Assembly: GCA_963694315.1 (NCBI GenBank) | Contig: CAVOCU010000001.1 | Location: 9,276-73,275 of the forward strand | From: Dehalococcoidia bacterium | GTDB lineage: Bacteria > Chloroflexota > Dehalococcoidia > Lucifugimonadales > UBA1127 | DNA length: 64,000 nt | Reading direction: 5' to 3' | Part shown: piece by piece, positions 45,976 through 56,907 of the stretch | How the letters are laid out: every line of letters starts with the position of its first letter | Position numbering within the stretch: position 1 is the first letter of the stretch | Notes under the pieces: model-generated | The model's input: only the letters and a program-made list of their open reading frames with translations | Told to the model about the DNA's origin: nothing | Database searches by the model: none | Translations under genes and position numbers: made by a program

Positions 45976-46727
45976 TGGAGGTGGCCTCCTTCCGCAAAAG
46001 CGACGCCATGGGCACCATAGAGTTCTTCTAGGACTTCCGGGGTGAAGGCCGTGTCCGGCGGGCCAACTGCACAGACATGGCGGTTTATACACAGAACCGT
46101 ATCAAAGCGTTCAGAGAGCCTGGTCAGGTCATGGGTGGCTAGGAGGATAGTTTTACCTTCATCTCGTAACTCACGTAGCGCTCCTACAAGAGCTTCCTGG
46201 GACGCAAAATCTACTCCACTAAAGGCCTCGTCCAGCATGAGTATGTCGGCCTCCTGTGCCAAAGCGCGCGCCACGAACACCCGTTGACGCTGTCCGCCGG
46301 AGAGTTCTGAGACAAGGTTGTTCCGCACCTCCCACATACCTACACGGTGCAAACACTCATCAACAAGATTACGATCATTACTATTCGTCTGATGTAACCG
46401 TCCGCTCTTATGAACGCGTCCAAGGAGGACCACTTCCCGGGCTGTAAGGGGGAATCGCCAGTTGATGGATTCTTTCTGGGGGACATACGCAAGGCGACCC
46501 CGGGCTTTCTCCGGCGGGAGGCCATGCACTAGAACTGTGCCTGCTTGGAGTGGCACAAGGCCTGCAATGGCGTTGAACAGGGTGCTCTTTCCTGCTCCGT
46601 TGGGGCCAACAACCCCCACAAGAGTGCCTACGGCTAACGATGCTGTGACGTGCTCCAACACAACCGAATCGCCGAATTGCACCATCACGTCAGTCATGGT
46701 GAGTGCGTCTACGGGCCTAGTGGTCAT
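45972..46727 (-). CDS. znuC: metal (Zn/Mn) ABC transporter ATP-binding protein (ZnuC-like)
   Basis: Walker A GPNGAGKST, LSGGQRQR and LMLDEA. Confidence 0.9.
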   Translation of the reverse strand: MTTRPVDALTMTDVMVQFGDSVVLEHVTASLAVGTLVGVVGPNGAGKSTLFNAIAGLVPLQAGTVLVHGLPPEKARGRLAYVPQKESINWRFPLTAREVVLLGRVHKSGRLHQTNSNDRNLVDECLHRVGMWEVRNNLVSELSGGQRQRVFVARALAQEADILMLDEAFSGVDFASQEALVGALRELRDEGKTILLATHDLTRLSERFDTVLCINRHVCAVGPPDTAFTPEVLEELYGAHGVAFAEGGHLH

Positions 46728-47650
46728 TGCAGTGCCTCCACAATGGCGAAGATGTTTGCCCGCATCATGTCGATATACGTGTCTGCACCTTCACCAGCCG
46801 CGCTCAAGGAGCCCGTATAAAGGCTCCGAACTATGGTGACGCCGGCCTCTTCAGCAACGCGGTTGGCTAGGCGGCCACTGGTGGTGTTTTCCACGAATAT
46901 GGCGGGTATGGCGTGCTCCTTTACAAGGTCTATCAAGTCGGCCATCTCCCTCGCGGAGGGCTCCCCATCCGTTGCGACGCCGGGAACGACTGTGCCGATG
47001 ACCTCAAATCCATACCGAAACGCGAAATACGCCAAGGAGTCATGGGAGGTGACCAGGCGGCGGCGGTCTGCCGGAAGCTCTGTCACTATCTGTTGTGCAC
47101 GCAGGTGGAGGTCATCCAACTCTTGAAGGTACGTGATTGAATTATCTCTGTACTCCTGCGCTCCAGCGGGGTCTAAGGCCGTTAACGTTAGCCCAATTTC
47201 TGCTATTGCAAGCTTGACTCGCAATGGATCGAACCAGAAGTGAGGGTCTGGTATGCCTGTATCCTGCCCCCCGGCAATGATAGGATCAGCTGATTCTCCC
47301 AGGGCGATCACCGCTCCTGTATTTGCTGCTGCTGTGCTGACAAGGTCCTTCAACCACTCCTCTTCCAGCCCTAGACCCATGCTGAAGACCACGTCTGCGT
47401 CTGCAACACGGGTCACGTCGCGGGCTCCCGGCTGGAATGCGTGAGGGTCTGCCCCTGGGGGGACGAGACTGAAAACCTCTACCCTCTCGCCTCCAATGCG
47501 CTGGACCCAATCCTCAGCGATGTTGCTGGTAGTGACGACACCTATGACAGCCTTGCTGGAGGCTGGATTGGAGTCTCCACATGCTGATGCAGCCATTGCT
47601 ACAGTCATTAGAGCGACCAACAAGAGTGTTTTAACCATGATGCTAGCCAT
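46724..47650 (-). CDS. znuA: metal ABC transporter substrate-binding protein (ZnuA/TroA-like)
   Basis: Signal peptide plus Cys. DPHAFQP, DPHFWFDP and SHDSLAYFA motifs. Confidence 0.9.
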   Translation of the reverse strand: MASIMVKTLLLVALMTVAMAASACGDSNPASSKAVIGVVTTSNIAEDWVQRIGGERVEVFSLVPPGADPHAFQPGARDVTRVADADVVFSMGLGLEEEWLKDLVSTAAANTGAVIALGESADPIIAGGQDTGIPDPHFWFDPLRVKLAIAEIGLTLTALDPAGAQEYRDNSITYLQELDDLHLRAQQIVTELPADRRRLVTSHDSLAYFAFRYGFEVIGTVVPGVATDGEPSAREMADLIDLVKEHAIPAIFVENTTSGRLANRVAEEAGVTIVRSLYTGSLSAAGEGADTYIDMMRANIFAIVEALQ

Positions 47651-47671
47651 TGAACTCTCCCGTCAACTATG

Positions 47672-47699
47672 ATTATAATTTAATGAGATATTATCTCAA
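47672..47699 (-). promoter_or_regulatory. znuA promoter TTGAGA-N16-TATAAT with overlapping 7-1-7 palindrome TGAGATA-a-TATCTCA (47684-47698), a putative Zur box
   Basis: Read on the minus strand. The palindrome covers the -35 and spacer. Its architecture matches Fur-family 7-1-7 boxes, and zur lies directly upstream. Confidence 0.6.
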
Positions 47700-47721
47700 T
47701 AACGTGTAAAAAAGGGGTTTC

Positions 47722-48150
47722 CTAGCTGGAAGCCCCACCTCGGCCAATGCAGGACGCGCATCGGCCATAGATCTCCAGTCGATGTCCTTCTGGCTGGTAG
47801 CCAAACCGGTTTGCCACCGTGTCTACAAAGTCGTCTACGCTGCAATCAGCGATGTCCTGAACTGCACCGCAACTTGTGCACACCATGTGGTGATGGTGCC
47901 GTGTACCACCCAGTAGGTATTTGGGTGCTCTCCCGTCAATCATTAGCCGACAGATAACGCCTTCCTCTTGCAAGGAAGCCAGCGTCCTATAAACCGTTGC
48001 CCTACCTACTTGGGGCAGGCTGCGGCACAGTTCCTCTGCCGAGAAGTGGCCCTCCCAGGCGACAACAGTTTCCACAACGGTCTTCCGAGGGCCTGTCGCT
48101 CGAGAGAAACCCATCTGCAGGACAGTTGCCAACGCGTTCCTGTCAACCAC
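47722..48150 (-). CDS. zur: Fur family transcriptional regulator (Zur-like)
   Basis: HHHHMVCTSCG...CASC motifs. Start GTG 48150 behind AGGAG, with a TTGACC-N17-TACGAT promoter upstream. Confidence 0.8.
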   Translation of the reverse strand: MVDRNALATVLQMGFSRATGPRKTVVETVVAWEGHFSAEELCRSLPQVGRATVYRTLASLQEEGVICRLMIDGRAPKYLLGGTRHHHHMVCTSCGAVQDIADCSVDDFVDTVANRFGYQPEGHRLEIYGRCASCIGRGGASS

Positions 48151-48187
48151 ACACCACTCCTGAGATAAAGTCTCAATTGGTAATACA

Positions 48188-48216
48188 ATCGTACTATGTG
48201 CAGGAATCAGGGTCAA
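48188..48216 (-). promoter_or_regulatory. sigma-70-type promoter TTGACC-N17-TACGAT upstream of zur
   Basis: Read on the minus strand, 38 nt upstream of the GTG 48150 start. Confidence 0.6.
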
Positions 48217-48514
48217 GAGAACTTACCTGGTGCTAGCTACTTTAGCAGCTATGGGGGATTGGTAGTCAGCAACCGGGTTATACCCTGGCTGAAGGAGCCG
48301 ATGTACTGCGTCATGGTCTTCTGTACTCATCATCCGCAGCAAGCAAGCCTGAGCCCTGCCAGGGCGAGACCTTGGACCCAAAACTCTGCCGGTTACCCAA
48401 GAGTGAGTGCAGGAACATGAACTCACCACATTAAGTGGTAGTTTCCCCGGCTTCCTCTCGTTATACTACTGTCCATCCTGAAATCCTCTTGAATTGCCTC
48501 ATGAAAGGAATCCT

Positions 48515-49804
48515 ATGCCTCCCTCAAGTATAAATGCTCCCCAGATACTGCTGGATAAAGACCCGGAAGTAGCTCAAGCCATCCAGAAAGAGATTGACAG
48601 GCAGCAGAACTCACTGGTGCTTATCGCCTCTGAGAACCACGCATCGCAGGCGGTCATGGATGCCTCTGCCACGGTGTTGAGCAACAAATACGCAGAGGGC
48701 TATCCGGGTAAACGCTACTACGGCGGCTGCGAGTACGTAGACATGGTTGAGACCATTGCCATTGAACGGGCCAAGAAGCTCTTTGGTGCCGAGCATGCCA
48801 ACGTGCAACCGCACTCTGGCACTCAGGCCAACATGGCGGTGTACTCAGCGCTGATTCAGCCAGGGGATACCATTATGGGAATGAGGTTGGATCACGGTGG
48901 ACACCTTTCTCATGGGAGCCCGGTGAACTTTACGGGTAAGACGTACAACATTGTGTCCTACGGGGTTCATCCTGAGACTGAGCTTATTGATTTTGACCAA
49001 GTGGAAGAACTGGCAAAAGAGAATCGCCCCAAGGTCATCGTGGCAGGGTACAGTGCCTATGCCAGGGTGGTGGACTGGGCCCGGTTCCGGGCTATTGCCG
49101 ATTCCGTGGATGCAACCTTGTTGGTAGACATGGCTCACATAGCTGGGCTCATCGCCGGTGGCGTTCACCCTTCGCCTGTACCCCACGCTCAAATGGTGAC
49201 ATCCACAACCCATAAGTCATTGCGAGGCCCACGTGGTGCGTTCATCCTCACCACAGAAGAGAACACCCAGGCCATTGACCGAGCCGTGTTCCCGGTGAAC
49301 CAGGGTGGCCCGTTTATGGCTGCCATTGCTGCCAAGGCTGTGTGCTTTGGTGAGGCGTTGCAACCCGGGTTCTCCCGGTACGCAGAGCGCGTGGTGGAGA
49401 ACGCCCAGAAGCTGGCGGCAACCCTTGTTGCTGGCGGTATGCGCATTGTCACTGGGGGTACGGATACTCACCTGTTCCTTGTAGACCTGACCTCTATGGA
49501 ACTGACGGGCAGGGACGCCGAAGAAGCGTTGAGCGCAGTGGGCATCTACGTGAACCGGAACACCATCCCCAACGATACGAAGTCTGCGCGTGTCACCAGC
49601 GGGTTACGCATTGGAACGCCGGCGCTGACGACGCGGGGTATGGGGCCGGAAGAGATGGAGACGGTTGGCAAGCTCATCCTCCGTACCGTGACCAACATTG
49701 GTGACGCTGGTGTGGCGCGAGAGGTGAGGGATGGCGTAGCTAGTCTGACGAGCCACTTCCCGGTACCCGGGATTACCACGGATAACGCTTGGCCTCTGGA
49801 GTAG
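48515..49804 (+). CDS. glyA: serine hydroxymethyltransferase
   Basis: [21 protein letters not shown] and [13 protein letters not shown] (PLP Lys). ATG 48515 behind GAAAGGAA. Confidence 0.95.
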   Translation: MPPSSINAPQILLDKDPEVAQAIQKEIDRQQNSLVLIASENHASQAVMDASATVLSNKYAEGYPGKRYYGGCEYVDMVETIAIERAKKLFGAEHANVQPHSGTQANMAVYSALIQPGDTIMGMRLDHGGHLSHGSPVNFTGKTYNIVSYGVHPETELIDFDQVEELAKENRPKVIVAGYSAYARVVDWARFRAIADSVDATLLVDMAHIAGLIAGGVHPSPVPHAQMVTSTTHKSLRGPRGAFILTTEENTQAIDRAVFPVNQGGPFMAAIAAKAVCFGEALQPGFSRYAERVVENAQKLAATLVAGGMRIVTGGTDTHLFLVDLTSMELTGRDAEEALSAVGIYVNRNTIPNDTKSARVTSGLRIGTPALTTRGMGPEEMETVGKLILRTVTNIGDAGVAREVRDGVASLTSHFPVPGITTDNAWPLE

Positions 49805-49961
49805 GGGCCTTAGGCCAACCGGTACTTTGGCTCGGAACTAAATATAGTTGCCATTCGTTTTTCGTAAGTGTCAGGTGACGCGGAGGATCTTTCTGTCTTG
49901 TTGACAGCTACGATACGCGTATGCTAGCGTGAGAAGAAGGATTTCGAAAATATCACAAACG

Positions 49962-50270
49962 CTGTGACGGGGAGTAGTAGCATAGTTCACGCTTCAGAGA
50001 GTCGGCGATAGGTGGAAAGCCGATAGCGGTTGGATTGCGAACTCGCCCCTGAGTGGAGGGAGTGAACAAGGGCGCGCCCTTGGCCCACGTTTTCTGGAAC
50101 TGGTCATACGGCTAAGCCAGATAGATGCGGGAACAAGTGAGGTTCTTTGTAGCTCCCTACGGTTGCGCCGTTACAGCAGCCTGAGGTGTTCCTTTTCATC
50201 TGAGAAGGAAAATGAGGGTGGTACCGCGGGTAGCGATGAGACCCGTCCCTGGTGGACGGGTATTTTTGTG
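49962..50270 (+). promoter_or_regulatory. T-box riboswitch leader, Leu specifier CUC (50042-50044)
   Basis: GA/K-turn, AGUA...GAA-CUC-G specifier loop, AG bay AGAGAG (49996), distal loop GGUGGAA (50011) and F-box CCGUUA (50168). The T-box AAUGAGGGUGGUACCGCG (50211-50228) matches the consensus exactly. A terminator follows. Confidence 0.9.
50241..50270 (+). terminator. T-box terminator hairpin ACCCGTCC-ctggt-GGACGGGT plus ATTTTTGTG
   Basis: 8-bp GC-rich stem followed by a U-run, 90 nt upstream of ilvB. Confidence 0.85.
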
Positions 50271-50360
50271 CTTTCAGAACAACGATGCGAAGCAGCACAA
50301 ACGGGGAATATGTAGCCCCTACAAAATGCAGTAGGGGCAAGTCCCCCAGGAGAGATAGTT

Positions 50361-52055
50361 ATGAAGCTGAACGGTGGACAGATGGTATGCCAGGCCCTCT
50401 TGAACGAGGGTGTGGACACCGTCTTCGGCATCCCTGGAGGGGCAATCATGCCTCTGTACCAGATGTTGCCGCAGTTCCCAGGCCTGCGACATATCCTTGT
50501 TCGCCATGAACAGGGTGCTGCAATGGCCGCTGACGGATACGGTAGAGTGACCGGCAAGGTTGGTGTGTGTTTCGCTACATCAGGCCCCGGTGCGACCAAT
50601 CTGGTGACCGGACTGGCCGGTGCGATGATGGACTCTGTCCCGATGGTTGCCATTACGGGCCAGGTCGCTCGAGAGGCTATCGGATCGGACGCGTTCCAAG
50701 AGGCAGACGTGACCGGTGTCACTTTACCGGTAATCAAGCACAACTTCCTGGTGATGTCTGCCGAGGAACTCCCTCGGGTAATGAAAGAAGCGTTCTACCT
50801 TGCGCGTACCGGGCGACCCGGGCCTGTGCTGGTGGACGTACCTAAAGATGTGTTTGTAGAAGTGGCGGAGTTTGAATACCCGGAAACCGTTGAACTCCCG
50901 GGCTACCCGCCGAAAATGGAAGGCGACCCCGAGGCCATCAATCGGGCAGCATCACTCATAGCACAGGCCAAACGGCCAGTGATTATGGCCGGCCACGGCG
51001 TCCTCATTTCTGACGCGTACAAAGAGCTACAGGAATTTGCAGAAAAGGGCCAATTCCCGGTTACGACCACGTTGCTGGGCATCGGTTCATTCAAGTCGGA
51101 CCATGTATTGAACATCGGGTTGCCCGGGATGCACGGCTCTGCTTACGCAAACCATGCCATCAACGATTCTGACCTGCTCATCGCCCTTGGTATGCGGTTC
51201 GATGACCGTGTGACAAGCAAGGTGAGTCTGTTCGCTCCCAAGGCCAAGGTCATCCACGTGGACATTGACCCGGCAGAGCTTGGGAAGAACGTACGGCCGA
51301 CGGTGCCCATTGTGGGCGACGTGAAACATGTACTGAAGCAGCTTTTTCCCCTGGTGGAGAAGGCTGACCGACGTGAGTGGCTGTCGCACATCGAGGAGTT
51401 GCGCCGCAACCATCCATTGTTTTTTGAGGACGATGACACTCTCCGGCCTCAGGATGTGATCCAACAGATATCTGATAGCACAGAGGGTAAGGCTATCATT
51501 GCCACGGGTGTGGGTCAGCATCAGATGTGGGCAGCTCAACTGTACAAGTTCACTGAGTTCAACAGCTTCATCACCTCCGGCGGACTGGGGGCAATGGGTT
51601 TTGAGACGCCGTCAGCTATGGGCGCTCAAGTAGGTAGGCCGGACCGGGTGGTATGGACCATTGCAGGGGACGGGGGCTTCCAGATGACCATGATGGAGCT
51701 GGCCACCATGGTGGAGAACCAGATTCCCGTGAAAATTGCGCTGATAAACAACAACTCCCTGGGGATGGTTCGCCAGTGGCAAGATCTCTTTTACGACCAC
51801 GACTATGTGGCGACGTTATATACTGCCAACCCGGACTTTGTGAAGCTGGCAGAGGCCTTTGGTATCCCCGGTATCCGGGTGACCAAGAAGGACGAAGTGG
51901 GCGCTGCTGTGGCGCAGGCTATGGCGTGGAACGGGCCGGTGCTGGTGGACTTCCAGGTGGAGCAGACAGAGAATGTATACCCGTTCATCCCACCGGGAAC
52001 CGGAGTTGGCCAGATTGTGGAAGACCCAAGATTGGTGGAGAAGCGCGTACGATGA
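50361..52055 (+). CDS. ilvB: acetolactate synthase large subunit
   Basis: 564 aa with canonical AHAS blocks. SD AGGAGAG. Confidence 0.95.
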   Translation: MKLNGGQMVCQALLNEGVDTVFGIPGGAIMPLYQMLPQFPGLRHILVRHEQGAAMAADGYGRVTGKVGVCFATSGPGATNLVTGLAGAMMDSVPMVAITGQVAREAIGSDAFQEADVTGVTLPVIKHNFLVMSAEELPRVMKEAFYLARTGRPGPVLVDVPKDVFVEVAEFEYPETVELPGYPPKMEGDPEAINRAASLIAQAKRPVIMAGHGVLISDAYKELQEFAEKGQFPVTTTLLGIGSFKSDHVLNIGLPGMHGSAYANHAINDSDLLIALGMRFDDRVTSKVSLFAPKAKVIHVDIDPAELGKNVRPTVPIVGDVKHVLKQLFPLVEKADRREWLSHIEELRRNHPLFFEDDDTLRPQDVIQQISDSTEGKAIIATGVGQHQMWAAQLYKFTEFNSFITSGGLGAMGFETPSAMGAQVGRPDRVVWTIAGDGGFQMTMMELATMVENQIPVKIALINNNSLGMVRQWQDLFYDHDYVATLYTANPDFVKLAEAFGIPGIRVTKKDEVGAAVAQAMAWNGPVLVDFQVEQTENVYPFIPPGTGVGQIVEDPRLVEKRVR

Positions 52056-52669
52056 CCCAGCAAAAGGGAAAGATGCAGCAACACACGGTAGTGGCCCTGG
52101 TCTATGACAGGCCCGGTGTGCTGAACCGCGTTGTCAGCATGGTGCGTCGGCGGGCGTTTAACATCAGCAGCCTGGCTGTTGGACACTCTGAGACTCCGGG
52201 TTTGTCCCGCATGACGTTTGTCGTTGAGGGAGACGACACAATGCTGGCACAGGTAACCAAGCAGCTCCAAAAGCTGGTTGATGTGGTGAAGGTATCTGAC
52301 TCGAGCCTGGAGAACTCTATTTACAGGGAACTATCGTTGGTGCGAGTGAGCGCCTCGGCTGTCACCCGGAGCGAGATTATCCAGATTGTGGGCATCTTTA
52401 GAGCCAACATTGTGGACGTAGCTCACGATGCGCTTATCATTGAGGTCACCGGCGACGAGGACAAGCTAGATTCTTTGGTGACGCTCTTAAAGCCCTTTGG
52501 TGTCCTGGAGATTATGCGCAGCGGCCGATTGGCTATGGTGCGTGGGGTTCTTCAGGAATCAACCGCGAATGGAATGGTGGCGGACGCTGAAGACGTGGTG
52601 ACTGATGATAATTGGCGGAGAGAAGATAGTGACCAATCGGAATCAACGATACTCTTACCACCGGGCTAG
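52052..52669 (+). CDS. ilvN: acetolactate synthase small (regulatory) subunit
   Basis: The ATG overlaps the ilvB stop (ATGA). ACT domain HTVVALVYDRPGVLNRVVSMVRRRAFNISSL. The track ORF 51653.. is an artefactual upstream extension. Confidence 0.9.
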   Translation: MTQQKGKMQQHTVVALVYDRPGVLNRVVSMVRRRAFNISSLAVGHSETPGLSRMTFVVEGDDTMLAQVTKQLQKLVDVVKVSDSSLENSIYRELSLVRVSASAVTRSEIIQIVGIFRANIVDVAHDALIIEVTGDEDKLDSLVTLLKPFGVLEIMRSGRLAMVRGVLQESTANGMVADAEDVVTDDNWRREDSDQSESTILLPPG

Positions 52670-52717
52670 CAACTAAATCGAACAATATTAGGCAAGAAAC
52701 GGAAGGGGATACATAAC

Positions 52718-53716
52718 ATGGCTACGATGTACTACGACAAGGACGGGGATCCAGCGATATTGGAAGGCAAGACCGTTGGCATAATTGGCTACGGAAGCCA
52801 GGGCCATGCACACGCGTTGAACCTGAAGGACAGCGGCTATAACGTCATGGTTGGGCTGTATAAGGGCAGCAGCTCATGGGCTAAGGCTGAAGAGGCTGGC
52901 CTTAAGGTTGCAGAGGTATCGGAAGTTGCCCAGCAGGCTGACGTGATTATGATACTGGTGCCGGATATGAAGCAGAAGCTGGTCTACGATGAGTCTATTG
53001 CTCCGTATTTGACCTCTGGCAAGACGTTGATGTTTGCCCACGGGTTCGCCATCCACTTCAAGATGATAGTGCCTCCGGCGGATGTGGACGTCAGCATGAT
53101 TGCTCCCAAAGCCCCTGGTCACAGGATGCGTGAGATATTCACCCGCGGTATGGGTGTTCCCTCGCTGATTGCGGTATACCAGAACCCTTCAGGTCACGCG
53201 AAGGAAACGGCGTTGGGCTATGGAATTGGTGTAGGTTCCGGGCGTGCAGGGATTCTTGAGACAACCTTCAAAGAAGAGACAGAGACGGACCTCTTTGGTG
53301 AGCAGTCTGTGCTTTGCGGTGGAGTCACCTCCCTCATCAAGATGGGCTTTGAGACCCTTGTTGAGGCAGGCTATCAGCCGGAAGTTGCCTACTTTGAGTG
53401 CATGCATGAGGTGAAGCTCATTGTTGACCTGCTGTACCAGGGTGGCATGTCCTACATGCGCTACTCTATCAGCGAGACGGCGGAATACGGGGATTACAGC
53501 CGTGGCCCCCGGGTGATTGACGAGCACGTTCGGGAAACTATGCGAACAGTGCTCAAGGAGATTCAGAGCGGTGAATTCGCCAGAGAATGGATTGCTGAGA
53601 ACGACGAGGGTCTGAAGCGGTTCCAGCAGGATCGCAAAGAGGGCGCCGAGCACCCCATTGAGAAGGTTGGGGAAGAGCTGCGCTCCATGATGCCCTGGCT
53701 GCAACAGACTATCTAA
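52718..53716 (+). CDS. ilvC: ketol-acid reductoisomerase
   Basis: [16 protein letters not shown] and a class I KARI length (332 aa). Confidence 0.95.
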   Translation: MATMYYDKDGDPAILEGKTVGIIGYGSQGHAHALNLKDSGYNVMVGLYKGSSSWAKAEEAGLKVAEVSEVAQQADVIMILVPDMKQKLVYDESIAPYLTSGKTLMFAHGFAIHFKMIVPPADVDVSMIAPKAPGHRMREIFTRGMGVPSLIAVYQNPSGHAKETALGYGIGVGSGRAGILETTFKEETETDLFGEQSVLCGGVTSLIKMGFETLVEAGYQPEVAYFECMHEVKLIVDLLYQGGMSYMRYSISETAEYGDYSRGPRVIDEHVRETMRTVLKEIQSGEFAREWIAENDEGLKRFQQDRKEGAEHPIEKVGEELRSMMPWLQQTI

Positions 53717-53769
53717 CCGAGAATTACACAGGAGTCAGATAGTTATGGCAATTGGGGAGGGTATCCGTG

Positions 53770-53810
53770 CAGTCCTCGTCCTGGAAACAGGACGAGACTG
53801 CGTTGTTTTG
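53770..53810 (+). terminator. terminator-like hairpin plus U-run inside the ilvC-leuA spacer
   Basis: CAGTC(C)TCGTCCTG-gaaa-CAGGACGAGACTG forms 13 bp with one bulge, followed by CGTTGTTTTG. It is embedded in a 29-codon ORF (53745..53834). Confidence 0.5.
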
Positions 53811-53867
53811 AAAACTCTTACTCATATCGCGTAAACACGAAGAGAAAGAGCAAGGGAGAATACGATA

Positions 53868-55418
53868 ATGGCTGAGAACAGAGTACGCATATTTGACACC
53901 ACGCTGCGTGACGGAGAGCAGGCGGCAGGTGCGTCTATGACTGGCGATGAGAAGCTGGAGATTGCTAAGCAACTCGAAAAGCTGGGAGTTGATGTCATTG
54001 AAGCTGGCTTTGCTGCGTCATCACCCGGCGACATGGAGTCAATCAAGCGCATCGCCAAAGAGATTAAGAACTCAACCGTGTGTTCATTAGCCCGGGCAAA
54101 CCCTGACGACATAGACGCGGCGTGGGAGTCCATCAAAGAAGCCGTGTATCCGCGTATCCACACGTTCATTTCAAGCTCTGACATCCATATGGAGCACCAG
54201 CTTCGGAAGAATCGCGAAGAGGTCATGGATATGGCTGTGACTGCGGTCTCCCGGGCTAAAGGGTACTGTGAGGATGTGGAGTTCTCTCCCATGGACGCCA
54301 CCCGGACAGACCCGGATTTCCTGTATGCGTTGGTTCAGGCGGCTATTGATGCAGGGGCCACGACCATCAACATCCCAGATACAGTGGGCTATGTGATACC
54401 AGAGGAATTTGGCGCACTTATCGCCAGCATCATTGAGAACGTACCCAACATAGACAAGGCAATCATCAGTGTCCACTGCCACAACGACCTGGGGCAGGCA
54501 GTGGCCAACAGCCTGGCGGCGGTGAAGGCAGGGGCGCGTCAGGTAGAGGGTTGCATCAACGGCATTGGAGAGCGGGCGGGCAACACTGCCTTGGAAGAGG
54601 TCATCATGGCCCTCCACACGCGTCGTCAGTACTTTGATACGACGGTGGGCATAGACACCACCCAGATATACCCGACCAGCCGTATGGTCAGCGAGATTAC
54701 CAATTTCCCGGTGCAGCCGAACAAGGCGATAGTTGGAACGAACTCGTTTAGGCACGCCTCTGGCATTCATCAGGACGGGATCATCAAGGAACGAACGACC
54801 TACGAGATTATGGATCCCAAAGACGTTGGCTGGGTTGGGGAGACAATGGTTCTCTCCAAGCTGAGTGGTAGGGCGGGGCTCCGATCCCGTATGGAGGAGC
54901 TAGGCTACACGTTGGACAGGGACGAGCTGAACAGAGTATTCATGTCCTTTAAAGAGCTTGCCGATAAGAAGCGTGAAGTGACGGACCGGGATCTGGAAGC
55001 CCTGATGGCAGAAGACCGCCGAGTGGAAGAGGTCACGGGCTATCACGTAGAGTCCGTAGCTATTCTGACGGGCACTGGACTGGTTCCTACGGCCACCTTG
55101 GTTATGATTACCCCGGACGGTGAGAAACGGACTGAACAGATGGAAGGCAACGGCCCGGTGGACGCTGTCTGCAATGCCGTTGTCCGCATTGTTGGGGTTC
55201 AGCCGAAATTGGACGAATACAGTGTGCGTTCTATTACTGAGGGGTTGGATGCTGTGGGTGATGTGACGGTGCGCTTGCGCTATGAGAACCATATCTACAC
55301 GGGTCGCGCTGCTCACACGGATATCCTGGTGGCCAGCGCTAAGGCGTACACCAATGCGGTGAACCGCTTACTGACCCTTGATGGCACGGAAATCCAGGGC
55401 GAGATGCAGGGCGTCTAA
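53868..55418 (+). CDS. leuA: 2-isopropylmalate synthase
   Basis: [12 protein letters not shown] and HCHNDLG motifs. 516 aa. Confidence 0.95.
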   Translation: MAENRVRIFDTTLRDGEQAAGASMTGDEKLEIAKQLEKLGVDVIEAGFAASSPGDMESIKRIAKEIKNSTVCSLARANPDDIDAAWESIKEAVYPRIHTFISSSDIHMEHQLRKNREEVMDMAVTAVSRAKGYCEDVEFSPMDATRTDPDFLYALVQAAIDAGATTINIPDTVGYVIPEEFGALIASIIENVPNIDKAIISVHCHNDLGQAVANSLAAVKAGARQVEGCINGIGERAGNTALEEVIMALHTRRQYFDTTVGIDTTQIYPTSRMVSEITNFPVQPNKAIVGTNSFRHASGIHQDGIIKERTTYEIMDPKDVGWVGETMVLSKLSGRAGLRSRMEELGYTLDRDELNRVFMSFKELADKKREVTDRDLEALMAEDRRVEEVTGYHVESVAILTGTGLVPTATLVMITPDGEKRTEQMEGNGPVDAVCNAVVRIVGVQPKLDEYSVRSITEGLDAVGDVTVRLRYENHIYTGRAAHTDILVASAKAYTNAVNRLLTLDGTEIQGEMQGV

Positions 55419-55500
55419 CAACGCAGCATCTTGCAGGCTGGGAGACAGGCGATACCCTAGCTACTATTACGAGATTACAATTTATAGTGAGGTTATAGCT

Positions 55501-56907
55501 ATGCCCGGAAAGACGATGTTTGAGAAAATTTGGGATGCTCACGTGGTGTCTGAGGAACCGGGTAAACCCTCTGTTATCTACGTGGATCTCCACTTGGTGC
55601 ATGAGGTCACATCCAACCAGGCATTTGACGGCCTGCGTATTGCCAAGCGTGGCGTCCGTCGTCCGGATCTGACGGTGGCGACCGCTGACCATGACATCCC
55701 GACCACAGACCGCTCCAAGCCCATCGCGGACCCCATTGCAGTTCAGCAGCTGGAGCACCTGGCGAACGATACCAAGGAGTTCAAAATCCAGTTTGCGGAC
55801 ATGCACAGTCCCTTGAATGGTATTGTCCACGTCATTGGGCCTGAACAGGGACATACGCAGCCGGGGAAGGTCATTGTGTGCGGAGACAGCCATACGGCCA
55901 CTCACGGCGCGTTTGGGGCCTTTGCGCTTGGCATTGGCACATCAGAAGTGGAACACGTGCTGGCCACCCAGACGTTGCGACAGACAAAGCACAAGACCAT
56001 GCAGGTGGACGTGAACGGCCCGCTGCCCTTCGGCGTCACCGCTAAAGATCTCATCCTGGCCATCATCGGGCAGATAGGCATCGCTGGAGGAACCGGATAC
56101 GTCATCGAGTACACGGGCCAGGGTGTCCGTGAACTATCGATGGAAGGCAGGATGACCTTATGTAACATGTCGATCGAGGGCGGCGCCCGGGCCGGGATGG
56201 TTGCTCCGGACGAGAAGACATTTGAGTACATGAGAGGTCGCGCCAATGTGCCTCAGGGTGATGCCTTTGACGAAGCTGTAGAGAAGTGGAAGCTGTTGCC
56301 ATCGGACGCAGACGCCGTTTACGACAGGATAGAGGTCATTGACGCAGCATCGCTTGAGCCGCATCTGACCTGGGGAACCAACCCCGGCCAGGTGGCAAGC
56401 ATATCCAGCACTGTGCCGGACCCGTCATCCTTTGCCGACCCCGCCGACCGTGAGAGCGCGGAGCGGGCACTGGCCTACATGGGTCTGGAGGCGAACACAC
56501 CGATGACCGAGGTTCCAATAGACCGTGTGTTCATTGGTTCCTGCACTAATTCCCGCATAGAGGACCTTAGGGCCGCTGCTGCGGTTGCCAAGGGCCATAA
56601 GGTGAACGCTAGGGTTGGGGCAATGGTTGTCCCGGGCTCCTACAACATTAAACAGCAGGCGGAAGCCGAGGGTCTGGACAAGATATTTATTGAAGCTGGA
56701 TTCGAGTGGCGCAATGCCGGCTGCTCCATGTGTCTGGCAATGAACCCGGACATGCTACTTCCCGGTGAGCGTTCAGCATCGACATCTAATCGCAACTTTG
56801 AAGGCAGGCAAGGCAAGGGCGGCCGAACCCACCTGGTGAGCCCGGAGATGGCTGCTGCTGCCGCTATAGCAGGGCATTTCGTGGACATACGCACCTGGGA
56901 AGGCTAG
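55501..56907 (+). CDS. leuC: 3-isopropylmalate dehydratase large subunit
   Basis: [12 protein letters not shown]-terminus and aconitase-family Cys ligands. The track ORF start 55378 is an extension. Confidence 0.95.
   Translation: MPGKTMFEKIWDAHVVSEEPGKPSVIYVDLHLVHEVTSNQAFDGLRIAKRGVRRPDLTVATADHDIPTTDRSKPIADPIAVQQLEHLANDTKEFKIQFADMHSPLNGIVHVIGPEQGHTQPGKVIVCGDSHTATHGAFGAFALGIGTSEVEHVLATQTLRQTKHKTMQVDVNGPLPFGVTAKDLILAIIGQIGIAGGTGYVIEYTGQGVRELSMEGRMTLCNMSIEGGARAGMVAPDEKTFEYMRGRANVPQGDAFDEAVEKWKLLPSDADAVYDRIEVIDAASLEPHLTWGTNPGQVASISSTVPDPSSFADPADRESAERALAYMGLEANTPMTEVPIDRVFIGSCTNSRIEDLRAAAAVAKGHKVNARVGAMVVPGSYNIKQQAEAEGLDKIFIEAGFEWRNAGCSMCLAMNPDMLLPGERSASTSNRNFEGRQGKGGRTHLVSPEMAAAAAIAGHFVDIRTWEG

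Noticed and set aside
48217-48514. A possible riboswitch (ZTP/pfl, THF or glycine type) in the 300-nt region upstream of glyA.
   Set aside because: I could not find the conserved cores of any of these classes by eye, for example the ZTP GGGTCGTGAC...CCGCCTGGGCA pseudoknot. Only a TATACT -10-like box was seen. A covariance-model scan would be needed to exclude one fully.
51653-52669. 338-aa ORF suggesting a large protein overlapping the ilvB 3' end.
   Set aside because: Only the last 205 codons (from ATG 52052, overlapping the ilvB stop as ATGA) look like an AHAS small subunit. The upstream part is the ilvB region read out of frame.
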